Part shown: one piece after another, positions 1 to 10,384 of the stretch
How positions within the stretch are numbered: the stretch's first letter is position 1
Layout of the letters: the number at the start of each line of letters is the position of its first letter
Source: a virus
Lineage: Duplodnaviria; Caudoviricetes
Virus record (IMG/VR): IMGVR_UViG_2895791493_000001
Location: 1 to 64,000 of that record
Length of the DNA: 64,000 nt
Strand: one strand, 5' to 3'
Notes under the pieces: generated by a model
Databases searched by the model: none
Seen by the model: only the letters and a program-made list of their open reading frames with translations
What the model was told of the DNA's origin: nothing
Position numbers and translations under genes: made by a program

Positions 1-2151
1 CCCCAGGTCGGGGATGACGTTCGCGTCCGCACGGGCCGCCACGACGTCGCCGTGATCGTCAACGTGCGCGGCGACGAGGTCCAGGTGCTCTACGCCGACG
101 GCACCCGCCCGTGGGTGCCCGCCAGCGCCCTGGAGAAGGCCCACACCGCCGAACAGCCCGAGCAGATCCAGCCCGCTACCGCGACCGCCCCGGAGGCCAG
201 CTGGGCGGTCGGGATGACCGTGGAATTCACGTATCCCCATCCCAACCCTGACTCCCGCGCCCAGGGCATCATCACGAAGATCTTCGACGACGGTAATCGC
301 CGGTACGACAAGGACTGCCAGGTCAAATACGGCAACGCCTTCTACTACCGCAACTTCGACGACCTCACCCTCATCGAAGTTCAGGAGAGCGCCCCGGCCC
401 CTGCGGAACCCGTCAAGGAACCCCAGCCCACGGCGCCGGCCACCGCCGCGCAGTTCGAAGTGCCGCAGTTCGAAGCGCCCACGCTGGGCCTGCAGGCCGT
501 GCCCTGGAACCGGATCCTGAACAGCAGCCTCAACCCCCGCAAGCACTTCGACGCGGACAGCCTGCGGGAACTCGCGGTCAGCATCTACCGCAAGGGCCTC
601 CAGCAGAACCTCGTCGCCCGCCCCCACCCCGACCGCCCCGGCCACTTCGAGATCGCCGCCGGGGAGCGCCGCTGGCGCGCCATCGGCCTGCTCACCCAGG
701 GCTTCGAGGTGGACGGGCACGAGTGGCTGGAATGGCCGGCCAGCACCCCCGTGAACGTCCTGGTGCAGGACCTCACGGACCTGGAACTGCTGGAGGTCGC
801 CACGGCCGAGAACGTCCAGCGGCGCCGCATGACCCCCATCGAGGAGGCCGACGCCTTCGCCGCCCTCGCGGATCACGGCAGCCCGGTCGAGGACATCGCC
901 GCGAAGTTCGGGTACACCCGCCGGACCGTCATCCGCCGCATCCAGATCAGCCGCGCCCTGTCCCCGCTGCTGCGTGACGAGTTCAACACCGGCAACCTGA
1001 CGCTCGCGCAGGTCGAAGTCCTCGTCACGGTCGCGCCGGAAGTGCAGGAGGCCGTCTGGAACGGGTACCTGCGCAGCAACCCGCGCCTGTACCCCCCGGA
1101 GCACATCCGCAAGCACCTACCGAACAACCTGTTCCTCGTCCGGCACCGGCAGTTCCCGCCCGCCTGGTACACCGGCGGGGTCGTCGAGGCGGACCTGTTC
1201 GACGACGTGGAACCGTACTTCCAGGACCCGGCGCAGGCCATGGAATGCCAGCTGCGGCACGCACGGGTCCTGGCGGATCAGGACGTGGCGGGCGGCGCGG
1301 CGTTCGCGGAAGTCGTGCTGAACGCCATGCGCCACCACTACGGCGAGAACGGCAACGGCGTTGTGTACAGCGTCAAGAACGGCGGCGAGATGGAACGCTG
1401 GGAGAACATCGGCGCCCGCCGCAGCTGGTCTCCCCTGCCCGACGGCGGGTACAGCGTCAAGAACCCCACCCCGGACAGCAGCGTCCCGTCCAGCAGCGGC
1501 ACCCAGGGCGCGGCTACCCAGCCCGGTGCGGCCCAGACCAGTGCCGTTCAGGCAGACCGGCCCGCCGTGCCCAGATACCCGGCCCCGTGGTCCCTGGAGG
1601 ACATCCGCATCGATGCGGCCCTGACCGGCCCTGACCGTCGCCGCCGCCTGCAGGCCGCGTACATCCTCGACAGCATGCTGGACCGCGAAGTCCCGCACAT
1701 CACGCCCGAACTCACCAGCGCGGCCGATCGCCTGGAGCTGCTGTTCAGCACGCACCTGAAGCGCAACGGGGACGGCTGGACCCTGAGCGCCGAGCCCAAG
1801 GATGAGACGGCGGAACTCGCGGTCGCCACCGAGATCCTGCGCCTGCTGCTCACCCTGACCAGCGCGGACCTCGACACGCTGTTCTACGGGTACTTCCACC
1901 GCGAGTTGAGCTTCTCGAACACGGCCGCCCCGACCGCGCTGGGCAACCTGGACCCGTTCACGCTGACGGAAGGGTTCATGGGAGGCTGCGACACGCTCGC
2001 CCTTCAGGAGATCTGGGACGACGCGGGCCTGGGCGACCGGGCGAACACCACGGACGAGTACCTGCGGTCGATGCTGCTCGAAGAGGCCCCCACCCTGGCC
2101 GCGCGTGGCTTCCTGCCCCGGCCCCTGCGCCCCGAGGCCGCCGATGACTGA
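1..2151 (+). CDS. Large ParB/RepB/Spo0J-family protein (probably 5'-truncated by the window edge)
   Basis: NPRKHFD..L.ELA.SI...[17 protein letters not shown] and a following HTH; frame is open from base 1. Confidence 0.85.
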   Translation, partial: PQVGDDVRVRTGRHDVAVIVNVRGDEVQVLYADGTRPWVPASALEKAHTAEQPEQIQPATATAPEASWAVGMTVEFTYPHPNPDSRAQGIITKIFDDGNRRYDKDCQVKYGNAFYYRNFDDLTLIEVQESAPAPAEPVKEPQPTAPATAAQFEVPQFEAPTLGLQAVPWNRILNSSLNPRKHFDADSLRELAVSIYRKGLQQNLVARPHPDRPGHFEIAAGERRWRAIGLLTQGFEVDGHEWLEWPASTPVNVLVQDLTDLELLEVATAENVQRRRMTPIEEADAFAALADHGSPVEDIAAKFGYTRRTVIRRIQISRALSPLLRDEFNTGNLTLAQVEVLVTVAPEVQEAVWNGYLRSNPRLYPPEHIRKHLPNNLFLVRHRQFPPAWYTGGVVEADLFDDVEPYFQDPAQAMECQLRHARVLADQDVAGGAAFAEVVLNAMRHHYGENGNGVVYSVKNGGEMERWENIGARRSWSPLPDGGYSVKNPTPDSSVPSSSGTQGAATQPGAAQTSAVQADRPAVPRYPAPWSLEDIRIDAALTGPDRRRRLQAAYILDSMLDREVPHITPELTSAADRLELLFSTHLKRNGDGWTLSAEPKDETAELAVATEILRLLLTLTSADLDTLFYGYFHRELSFSNTAAPTALGNLDPFTLTEGFMGGCDTLALQEIWDDAGLGDRANTTDEYLRSMLLEEAPTLAARGFLPRPLRPEAADD

Positions 2152-2479
2152 ACCCGCCTTCACCCCGGCCGTGCACTTCGAACTGGAGTTCAAGTCCGAC
2201 TACCGCCAGCTGCTGGGTCACCCTGGCCACCCGGCGCAGGTCATGTACGCCAGCGCCCTGCTGGCCGTGTTCGGGCTGCCCCTCAACACGCCCGTCCGCC
2301 TGAGCATCCGCTTCACGGACCGCAACCAGCTGATCGCCGTCAACGGCCCCGTGGCTCACGAGGCCTCTCCGGCGGAGGTCGGCGCGGCGCTGAACGCGGC
2401 GGGCGCCATCGTGGCCACCACCTTCGTCCTGCAGACGCACGTGATCACCGACCTGAACGGGGAGGTCAGTCATGCGTGA
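2144..2479 (+). CDS. hypothetical protein
   Basis: ATG overlaps the upstream gene end; part of the coupled operon. Confidence 0.65.
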   Translation: MTEPAFTPAVHFELEFKSDYRQLLGHPGHPAQVMYASALLAVFGLPLNTPVRLSIRFTDRNQLIAVNGPVAHEASPAEVGAALNAAGAIVATTFVLQTHVITDLNGEVSHA

Positions 2480-2741
2480 CCTGAACCGCCTTCAGTTCAT
2501 GGCCGCCCCCCAGGGCAACCAGACCGCCCGCGTGGCCGTCGCCGTGGTGGGCGGGGAGGTCGTCGCGCACGCCCGCACCCTCGCGGACGCCCTGACGCTC
2601 GAAGCGGGCTGGCACGCCTACATGCGCGGACGGCCCCGCGCTCACGGTGGGAACGCCCGCGAGCGGACGCACTGGTACCGCGGCTGGGACCGCGCGCAGG
2701 CCTGGGTCAAGCAGCGCAGCCGCGCCCGGCAGGTGGCGTGA
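2472..2741 (+). CDS. small protein with Rmf/CrpP-like motif
   Basis: SD GGAGG; AGWHAYMRG...WYRGW pattern. Confidence 0.55.
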   Translation: MRDLNRLQFMAAPQGNQTARVAVAVVGGEVVAHARTLADALTLEAGWHAYMRGRPRAHGGNARERTHWYRGWDRAQAWVKQRSRARQVA

Positions 2742-3277
2742 TGGACGTCCTCACCGCCCACAACGCACGCGGGTACCTGCACGCCGTCACCTGCGACAGC
2801 CCCGCCGGGTTTGGGGAACTGTTCGCCCGCACCATGCGCGCTCAGGGCTGCACCGTCACGCGCCGCAGCATGGCCGACCACCTCGCCCAGATCGCCGCCG
2901 GCCGGGCGGGTCACGTCCGCGCGGACTCGCCCGCGCAGGTGGCCGCGCCCGCCCTTCCGGAAGTCGGAAGCACTCTCACGGTCCCGCACCTGGGCGCCGG
3001 CGTCGTGATCACCGTCCTGACCTGGCCGGACGGCACGCAGGCCGCACTGGTCCGCGCCCGCGATGGCGAGAGCCTCGCCCGGCCGGGCCAGTGGACGCCC
3101 CTGGATGCACCTACTCAGGCCACGCAGGACGCCCCACCACCTGAATCACCCATGCCGCCACCCGAACCACCCATCCAGCTGCCCGAACCACCCATCGACC
3201 CGCCCATGCCCGCCGCGCCCGTCCTCTCCGCCCCCACGTGCATGCCGACGCTGTTCGGCGACTGGAGCCCCGCATGA
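2738..3277 (+). CDS. hypothetical protein with Pro-rich C-terminus
   Basis: GTGA/ATGA coupling at both ends. Confidence 0.65.
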   Translation: MMDVLTAHNARGYLHAVTCDSPAGFGELFARTMRAQGCTVTRRSMADHLAQIAAGRAGHVRADSPAQVAAPALPEVGSTLTVPHLGAGVVITVLTWPDGTQAALVRARDGESLARPGQWTPLDAPTQATQDAPPPESPMPPPEPPIQLPEPPIDPPMPAAPVLSAPTCMPTLFGDWSPA

Positions 3278-4968
3278 CCGATCCCGCCCCCACCTACGCC
3301 ATCCTCGACACCGACCTGCCCGCTGGCGGCAGCCTCAGCGACCGCATGGCCGTTCTGGAAAGCCGCGCCGACCTGATCGAAGGCCTGCGCGTCGAGATCG
3401 ACGAGCACGAAGCCACCATCCGCGACGCGAAGGTCCGCCGCGACGTCGCCGCCAGCCGCCTGAGCGTCGCCCTGCACGCCGCCGACCTGCTGCGCGACAT
3501 CGAGCACTCCATCGCGCCGCTGCTCGGCACGGCCCGCCGCACCCACCTCCCGAGCGGCACCACGGCCGCCAGCCCTGCCCCGGACGGCCTGGCCAGCCTG
3601 ATCGACACGCTCGAACCCGTCACCATCACGCCGGAACTGGAGCCCGCACCCGCCCAGGTGACCGAGTTGTCCGAACCGGACGTCCAGCCCAGCCCTGAAC
3701 CCGTGGCCGTCACGAACACCCTGGACCTGGTGTTCCCCGCCGGGTTCGAACTCACCGCGCGGGCCGTGGTGTACCTCGACGTTCTCGCTCACCCCGGCGC
3801 GACCCTCCCCGAGATCACAGACCGCACGGCCCTGCTGAGCAAGACCGTCAATGGCGTGCTCAGCCGTGGGACGGCCTGCCTGGACTTCTCCCGCGTCGGC
3901 GCGCCCAGCCAGTACACCCTCACGGACAGTGGCGTCAGTTACCTGCGCCAGCTGCACGCCTACGCCGTGAGCCAGACGACCCAGGCGGAGGAAGACAGTC
4001 CCGAAGAGCCGGAAGAGGTTGACCCGGAACCCACTGTCGAAGCACTCGAGTCACCGGAAGTCCCTGCCGAGGAAGTCGCCGCCACGCAAGAACCTGCCGT
4101 GGAAACGCCGGTCGAGGAGAACCCTGCCCCCGCCCCGGATCCGGTCCGCGAGAAGGAGTCGATCAAGGCGGTCAAAGGGGCGCCAACCAAGCGGGCCAAA
4201 CCGGCACCCGCCCAGCCGACTGAACCGACGGCTGGCAGCGCCCAGGCCCGCGCGCTGGACTTCCTGCGCGAACACGGCCCCGCCACCCCGCAGGGACTCG
4301 CCGCGCACCTCGGCATGCCCCGCCTGCCCACCGGCGCCGTGATCTCCCAGCTCGTGAAGCACGGGTACGCCACCCAGACGGACACCGACCCCAGGCTCAT
4401 CCTGATTCCCGGCGACACCCGCCTCCCCGCGAAACCCGCGCAGCAGGCGGCGGCCGGGCCGTCGGTCACGCTGACCGCGCCCGCTGACGCTGGCTCGCCC
4501 AGCCAGGAGGAACTCAAGGCCCGCCTCCGCGAGAACGCCGAAGCGGTCCGCGCGGTCCTCGGCAAGAAACCCATGACGGAACTGGACCTCCGAGCCAAGC
4601 TCCCCGACATGAACCTCAGCCACCTGCGCGCCGCACTCGGGTACCTCGAAGAAGGCGGCACCGTGCGCCGCGTGCCCGGCCCCACGCCCGCCAGCCGCGC
4701 CGCGTACGCCCTGGACGAACTGGACCTGCCCGCCCCGACCCTGGACCACCTGACCGCCGAGGGCCGCATGGTCGAGGTGCACCTCGCGCAGGTCACGGAC
4801 CGCAGCGAACGGGACACCGCGTCGAACATGGCCCTGAAACTCGGCCTGCCCCGCGAGCAGGTCGAGGAGGCCCTCGCGGTCCTGCACGCCCAGGGCCGCC
4901 TCCGCTGGAGCCGCACCGGGATGCTCGTCCACTACTCCCTCACGACCGCCGGCGAGGTGGCCGCGTGA
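3274..4968 (+). CDS. multi-winged-HTH DNA-binding protein
   Basis: Several wHTH-like segments (e.g. ATPQGLAAHLGM, ASNMALKLGL); ATGA overlap. Confidence 0.65.
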   Translation: MTDPAPTYAILDTDLPAGGSLSDRMAVLESRADLIEGLRVEIDEHEATIRDAKVRRDVAASRLSVALHAADLLRDIEHSIAPLLGTARRTHLPSGTTAASPAPDGLASLIDTLEPVTITPELEPAPAQVTELSEPDVQPSPEPVAVTNTLDLVFPAGFELTARAVVYLDVLAHPGATLPEITDRTALLSKTVNGVLSRGTACLDFSRVGAPSQYTLTDSGVSYLRQLHAYAVSQTTQAEEDSPEEPEEVDPEPTVEALESPEVPAEEVAATQEPAVETPVEENPAPAPDPVREKESIKAVKGAPTKRAKPAPAQPTEPTAGSAQARALDFLREHGPATPQGLAAHLGMPRLPTGAVISQLVKHGYATQTDTDPRLILIPGDTRLPAKPAQQAAAGPSVTLTAPADAGSPSQEELKARLRENAEAVRAVLGKKPMTELDLRAKLPDMNLSHLRAALGYLEEGGTVRRVPGPTPASRAAYALDELDLPAPTLDHLTAEGRMVEVHLAQVTDRSERDTASNMALKLGLPREQVEEALAVLHAQGRLRWSRTGMLVHYSLTTAGEVAA

Positions 4969-6140
4969 ACGCCCTCGGCAGCCGCTACCTGATCGCCCAG
5001 GCCGTGCAGGCCTCCCTGCGCGGCAAGGACCAGCGCCTCAAGTCGTACACCGTCGGCGAGCACGACCTCACGCTGCACCTCGACCGGGTGGAACTCACCG
5101 CCAGGAGTGAGCACGCCGCGCGGCGCATCGAGAACGTCATCCGCACCATGCCCGACGCGCAGCTCGGCCGGTACGTGCGCGACGCGGAACACCTCCTGAA
5201 CCGCCTCCTGGCCCAGCAGACCGGGACGGCCTCCGCGCCCCTGATCCGCCTCGCGCTCAGCTGCGTGCAGTCGGGCGTGGCGGGCCTCATGCGCGGCGGC
5301 TCAAAGGTCGCCGTGAGCGACATCAACGCGCAGATCACGCAGTTCGACGAGCAGTTGTTCACCACCCTGAACAGCGAGCTGGAGTACGTCCGCGAGACTG
5401 CCCGTCTCCGCGTCGAACAGAAGGACGCGGACATCCAGCGCCTGATCGCGCAGGCGGATCAGGAGATGAAAGCCGACTACGCCCGCTGCGTGGCGGACCT
5501 CGAAACCCGCAAGGCGGAACTGGACGCCCGTGAGGCCACGCTGCGCGAGCAGGTGGAGGCGGACCTGCAGATGGCCCTGCGTGCCGCCGATCAGGCCCAG
5601 GCGGACGCCAGTGAGGCCCGCCGGCAGCTGGACGCCGCGAGCGCCCAGATCACCCGCGAACGCGCCGCGCACGAACAGGCCCTCGCGGAATTGAAGCGCA
5701 CCCTGGCCGCCGAGCGGACCGCCACCATCAACCGCGACCGGGACACCCGCAACCAGATCCACCAGCTCGAACAGGACAAGCGAACCCTGTCGTCCACGGT
5801 CGGGCACCTCAACCAGGAGTGCGAACGCCTCGAGGCGGAACTCGCGACCGCCCGGACCGCCGCCCCCGAACCCGCCCCCGTTCCCGTCCCGGCTGCCCTG
5901 GAGGTCACCGCCATGCCCACCCCCACCCTGAACCCCCGACTGGCCGCCATGAGCTGCGCCGTGTACCTCACCGCGCACGGCATCCCCACCCGCGCCGACG
6001 GCGACCACCTCACCGGCGAGCAGACCGTCCAGCGCAGCGAACTGATCGTCGCGTGGTCCACCGAGTACCCGACCGACGAAGCCCGCCGCGCCCACCTGCG
6101 CGCCAGTATCCGCCCACTCCTCGCCCAGGACGCCGCGTGA
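4965..6140 (+). CDS. coiled-coil protein
   Basis: Long heptad-rich central region; GTGA coupling. Confidence 0.7.
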   Translation: MNALGSRYLIAQAVQASLRGKDQRLKSYTVGEHDLTLHLDRVELTARSEHAARRIENVIRTMPDAQLGRYVRDAEHLLNRLLAQQTGTASAPLIRLALSCVQSGVAGLMRGGSKVAVSDINAQITQFDEQLFTTLNSELEYVRETARLRVEQKDADIQRLIAQADQEMKADYARCVADLETRKAELDAREATLREQVEADLQMALRAADQAQADASEARRQLDAASAQITRERAAHEQALAELKRTLAAERTATINRDRDTRNQIHQLEQDKRTLSSTVGHLNQECERLEAELATARTAAPEPAPVPVPAALEVTAMPTPTLNPRLAAMSCAVYLTAHGIPTRADGDHLTGEQTVQRSELIVAWSTEYPTDEARRAHLRASIRPLLAQDAA

Positions 6141-6598
6141 CCACCCCGCCCGTCCTCCTGGCGCTGAGCGTTCAGGAACCCTGGAGTACCGCCATCCTGG
6201 ATCTCGGCAAGGACGTCGAGAACCGCGACTGGCACCGCAGCCCCGGCCTGCTCGCCCAGGCCCGCCGCCTCGTCGGCCGGCGACTGATGCTGCACGCCGG
6301 GAAGACCTTCGACGACAGCGGCGTCCCGTTTATCCGCACGCTGACCGGGCAGCGCGTCCTGAAGACGGACTGCACCCTCGGCGCGGTCCTGGGTGTCGTC
6401 ACCCTGAAGGCCGTCACGGTTGACGGCAGGCCCACCAGCCGCTGGGCAGCCTGTGACGCCGTGCACCTGCACCTCGCCGACCCCATTCGCCTGACCGACC
6501 CCATCCGCTGCCGGGGCGCCCTGGGCTTCTTCTGCCCGGACGACACCGTGCAGGAACGGGTGCGCCGCCAGCTGGCCGCGCAGGGCGTGACGCTGTGA
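6137..6598 (+). CDS. ASCH domain protein
   Basis: ALSVQEPWSTAILDLGKDVENR and RGALGFF signature. Confidence 0.85.
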   Translation: MTTPPVLLALSVQEPWSTAILDLGKDVENRDWHRSPGLLAQARRLVGRRLMLHAGKTFDDSGVPFIRTLTGQRVLKTDCTLGAVLGVVTLKAVTVDGRPTSRWAACDAVHLHLADPIRLTDPIRCRGALGFFCPDDTVQERVRRQLAAQGVTL

Positions 6599-7425
6599 CC
6601 ACCCCGCTCAAGCCCGCCGCGCCGGAAACGGAAGGGCGCGGCCCCATGCTCCTGCGGGTCGCGCACGCCAACGCCGGCCGGTGGATCACCGTCACGCAAC
6701 TGCGCGACCTGCTCGGCATGGAAGAAACCAGGCACTACGCCAAACGGGCCGCGTACCTGCACCGCACCGGCCGTCTCGACCGCCAGCACGCCGCCGACCA
6801 CCGCCCCGACCGCCCCCGCTTCGAGTACCGGTTCCGCGCGTGGCCGCAGACCCCGGCCCTGCGCGCCACGACCGAACTCGAAGCCGGCACGGACGCCAGC
6901 GAGGCCGCCCGCACCGCCCGGTACCAGCAGACCGTCACCCGCCGCCGCGCCGCCATCACGGCCGCCGCCGCGCAGATCCTGACCGTCCTGCGCGCCGCGC
7001 CCGGCCCCGTTCCGGAACAGGACCTCCTGGCCGCCGTGTCGCACCTGAGCGTCACCACGGCCCGCGAGACGCTGACGTACCTCGTGCACGAGACGCAGGA
7101 CGCCCTGATGATCACGGGCACCACCCGCCGCGCCCGCGCCACCACGTACGAGGCGGTCCGCAGCGGCCTGCCCCGCGTGGCTGTGCGGCCCCTCACGCCC
7201 GACGCGGAGGCCGTCCAGGGTCTGCTGCGCGCCGCCACGGACCGCGACGCCAGCCTCTCCCGGCAGGCACTGATGGAACAGACCCGCTGGCCCTGGCCAC
7301 GCATCGAGAAGGCCCTGTCCCTCCTGGAAGCGCACGGCCTGCTGGCCCTGCGGCCCGTCGGCGCGTCCGTCCTGTTCCGCCACGCCCCCACCCCCGCCCC
7401 CGCACGCCAGAAGAAGGTCGCATGA
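6595..7425 (+). CDS. winged-HTH-containing hypothetical protein
   Basis: wHTH-like repeats; coupled start and stop. Confidence 0.6.
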   Translation: MTTPLKPAAPETEGRGPMLLRVAHANAGRWITVTQLRDLLGMEETRHYAKRAAYLHRTGRLDRQHAADHRPDRPRFEYRFRAWPQTPALRATTELEAGTDASEAARTARYQQTVTRRRAAITAAAAQILTVLRAAPGPVPEQDLLAAVSHLSVTTARETLTYLVHETQDALMITGTTRRARATTYEAVRSGLPRVAVRPLTPDAEAVQGLLRAATDRDASLSRQALMEQTRWPWPRIEKALSLLEAHGLLALRPVGASVLFRHAPTPAPARQKKVA

Positions 7426-7964
7426 ACCACGTCCCCACCGTCCACCAACTCGCCACCCGCACCCGCCAGATCAACGCCAGCAACGACTGGGGCACCGACT
7501 TCACGCCCGCGCAGATCCCGCAGTTCCTCGCGCTGATCCACAGCGAGATCACCGAGGCGCACCACGAACGCGACCGAGCCAAGCGTGCCCGCGAACTGGG
7601 CGACGTGATCGTCCGTGCCCTTGACCTGTGCGAATTGATTCGCCCCGGCCTGATCGGGAGCCGCCTGACGACACTCGAGCACCACCGACCGGGCCTGCTC
7701 ATGCGTTGGGCAACCCGCCGGCATCGCAGCGTGTACGAGTCGAGCCTGCACGCCCGGACCAGCGCCGCACTGGAAACGTTCCGGAAGGCGCCGGCGGACC
7801 AGATGCCCGGCCAGGTGGTCGTCGATCTGAGCCGCCTGATCTGCGCCGCGAACTTCGTGTTGCTGTGCGAGCAGCCGCGCGGCACGACGCCCACCGACCT
7901 GATCTCCGGAATCCTCGACGCGAACAGCGCACGGGGCAAACGCCATGGCGGTCGCCGATGCTGA
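7422..7964 (+). CDS. MazG-like NTP pyrophosphohydrolase
   Basis: LALIHSEITEA...ELGDVIVRALDL motif. Confidence 0.75.
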   Translation: MNHVPTVHQLATRTRQINASNDWGTDFTPAQIPQFLALIHSEITEAHHERDRAKRARELGDVIVRALDLCELIRPGLIGSRLTTLEHHRPGLLMRWATRRHRSVYESSLHARTSAALETFRKAPADQMPGQVVVDLSRLICAANFVLLCEQPRGTTPTDLISGILDANSARGKRHGGRRC

Positions 7965-8380
7965 CCAGCCCCCGCGACGTGAACGGCAACCCCATCGCCA
8001 CCACCGCCAGTCTGTGCTCCCTTGCCGACTGGGCACTCAGCGACGACACCGGCGCCAGCAGCCTCTGCATTGCCCGCATCCTGGCCGGCCGACCGGACCC
8101 GGGCAGCGCCCACAACTACCCGCACGACACCGGGGACCTGGGCCGCTGCCTGCGCCTCATCCGCGCCGTCCCGCAGGCCCGCGACGCCGTCCGCGCCCTC
8201 GCCGAACGCCCCGGACACCACGTCTGGGCGGAGTTGCATGCCATCTGGGACAACCTCACCGAGCAGGCCCAGCGGGACGGCGTCACCGACCACCGCAGTA
8301 CCTTCGGGAACGGCCCCAGCACCACCGGTCTCATGCTCCGCGCCGCCATCGGCCTCGGCCGCGCCCGGAGCAACCAGTGA
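7958..8380 (+). CDS. phage hypothetical protein
   Basis: DTGASS...YPHDTGDLGRC motif; coupled. Confidence 0.65.
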   Translation: MLTSPRDVNGNPIATTASLCSLADWALSDDTGASSLCIARILAGRPDPGSAHNYPHDTGDLGRCLRLIRAVPQARDAVRALAERPGHHVWAELHAIWDNLTEQAQRDGVTDHRSTFGNGPSTTGLMLRAAIGLGRARSNQ

Positions 8381-8649
8381 CCGGCCCGCACCCCGGCGCG
8401 AGCGTGGCCAACCGGCGCCGCCTCATGGTCCTGGCCGACACCGGCGTCCGCAGCAGCGACCCCCTCACCGCCGCCGAAGCCCTGATCGAACTGCCGAAAG
8501 TTGCCGCCGGGATCCTGGAAGGCATCTCCGGGCAGCCCGTCATGGCCTTCATGGCAATCGGAGAGGAGGACGTGCAGGCCCTGCGGGAGTTCCTCCTCGC
8601 CCGGCAGGGACTCGCAGGCCTGGAACGTCACGTCGAGGCGCAGCCATGA
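8377..8649 (+). CDS. hypothetical protein
   Basis: GTGA/ATGA coupling. Confidence 0.55.
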   Translation: MTGPHPGASVANRRRLMVLADTGVRSSDPLTAAEALIELPKVAAGILEGISGQPVMAFMAIGEEDVQALREFLLARQGLAGLERHVEAQP

Positions 8650-9203
8650 CCGCCCTCACCCCCCGACAGGAAGCGAACCTCGCGCGCCTATGTGATCAGT
8701 GCTGGAAGCCGCAGCGCGAGTGCCAGTGCGTGACGTTCGAAGGCGTGCACGGGCACAGCTACGCGGGCGGCGGTCCTGCCGAGTCGCAGGCGACCTGGGG
8801 CGATCACGCTCCGGACCACCGCACGTGGTGGGGCTGGGCACTCAAGAACGCGATGGACGAAGCGACCCGCCTGGCCGACGCCTTGCCGGGCAGTCCCGCC
8901 GCGCAGGCCTGGCTACTGCATGCCGTCGTTCTCCGGGAGGACCTGCACGCCCTGGGGTACGACTACCCGTTCGCGCCGGCGCCGCAGCACCCGCCCGAGT
9001 ACGAGCAGATCTGGCTGTGGGCTGAGCGGGGGTACTACGTGCAGGTCCTGGCGGCCGACCCGGTCACGCTCACGGGTTTCATCGTCTTCCCTAACCCTGC
9101 CCCCGAAGAGATGAGCGGCGCCTGCAACTGGGAACGCGAACTCCTCACGTACGCCTACCCCGACGCCAAAGCGTTCATCGACGCCGTCGCCCTGAGCAAT
9201 TGA
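8646..9203 (+). CDS. hypothetical protein (Cys cluster CDQC...CQC)
   Basis: ATGA coupling. Confidence 0.6.
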   Translation: MTALTPRQEANLARLCDQCWKPQRECQCVTFEGVHGHSYAGGGPAESQATWGDHAPDHRTWWGWALKNAMDEATRLADALPGSPAAQAWLLHAVVLREDLHALGYDYPFAPAPQHPPEYEQIWLWAERGYYVQVLAADPVTLTGFIVFPNPAPEEMSGACNWERELLTYAYPDAKAFIDAVALSN

Positions 9204-9215
9204 CAAGGACACCCC

Positions 9216-9749
9216 ATGACCCAGCCCGTGAAACCCGTCTGCGCCCTGACCGAAGCCATCAAGCCCCTGCTGCCGCCCCTGCTCGTGCAGGTCGCCGACC
9301 ACCGCGTTCTGGAAGGGTTCCTGAAGTACGGGCAGACGCTCAGTGACAACCACAAGCCACTGCGCAAGAAGGTCGTGCACCACATCCAGGAGCTGATCGA
9401 CGCCCTGAACTACAACGAGTGGAAACTGATGGACCTGCGCCGCCACGAGAACCACTTCGAACTGGTGTTCCAGGCCCTGGAGCGGCGCCGCAGGTACATC
9501 CAACACCTGTCTGAGCTGCTTGACCTTGTGCCCGACCTGACCTTCGAGGAACTGACGTACAAGGAGGGTCACAGCGAGGCCGATCAGCTGCGCGCAGATC
9601 TCGCGGCGGCCCGGGCGGAGCGGGACGCGCTGCTGGGGGCACTGGGGAGCGTGCTCGACGAGGCGTACGACGGGCAGCACTCGTACCGTGTGGACCTCAG
9701 CACCCTCCAGGCAGCGCACGAAACCTTCACCGCCCTGGAGGGCGCGTGA
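9216..9749 (+). CDS. hypothetical protein
   Basis: SD AAGGA; coupled to the next gene. Confidence 0.65.
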   Translation: MTQPVKPVCALTEAIKPLLPPLLVQVADHRVLEGFLKYGQTLSDNHKPLRKKVVHHIQELIDALNYNEWKLMDLRRHENHFELVFQALERRRRYIQHLSELLDLVPDLTFEELTYKEGHSEADQLRADLAAARAERDALLGALGSVLDEAYDGQHSYRVDLSTLQAAHETFTALEGA

Positions 9750-10384
9750 CCGGCGTGCCCCGGCCCCTGTGGGTGGCGTTCGACATCGACGGGACCCTCG
9801 CCTGCGCCCTGCCGGCCCTGCGCGTGGCCCTGGCCGCCCGCCTGGGCCTGCCCGTGGACGCCATCCGGGATGGCGGACCGTACGAGCAGTTCGGCTTCAC
9901 GACCGGCTGCGGCCGCACCGACATCGCCCTGAGCGGCATGGCGCAGCGGGAATGGGAGCAGGTGGCCAGTCAGGCGCAGCCCCTGCCCGGCGCATTGGAC
10001 GCCGTGACCCGCGTGGCGCAGGCCGGGCGACTCCTGGGGTACGTCACGCGGCGCCCGCTGCATATGTGGGACGTCACGTACACCTGGCTGTCCGCGCATG
10101 GCTTCCCGGTCGCCAATTACCTGCTGCGGCACATGCCGGACGAGCACGCCTGCAAGAGCGTCCAGGCGGTGGGCCTCGCCGTCAGCTGGGGCCACAGGGA
10201 TGGCGGACCGAATCACCTCAGCAGCATCACCCTCGTCGAGGACAGCGGCCGCGAGGCCCTCAGCGCCGCCCGCAACGGCCTGCGCGTCCACCTGATCGAC
10301 CAGCCGCACAACCAGGCCGCCCAGCACGAACGCATCACCCGCATTCCCGACCTCACGCACCTGAAGGCGGAACTCCATGACTGA
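9746..10384 (+). CDS. HAD-superfamily 5'(3')-nucleotidase-like protein
   Basis: FDIDGTL motif I, YVTRR motif II, LVED motif IV. Confidence 0.8.
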   Translation: MTGVPRPLWVAFDIDGTLACALPALRVALAARLGLPVDAIRDGGPYEQFGFTTGCGRTDIALSGMAQREWEQVASQAQPLPGALDAVTRVAQAGRLLGYVTRRPLHMWDVTYTWLSAHGFPVANYLLRHMPDEHACKSVQAVGLAVSWGHRDGGPNHLSSITLVEDSGREALSAARNGLRVHLIDQPHNQAAQHERITRIPDLTHLKAELHD

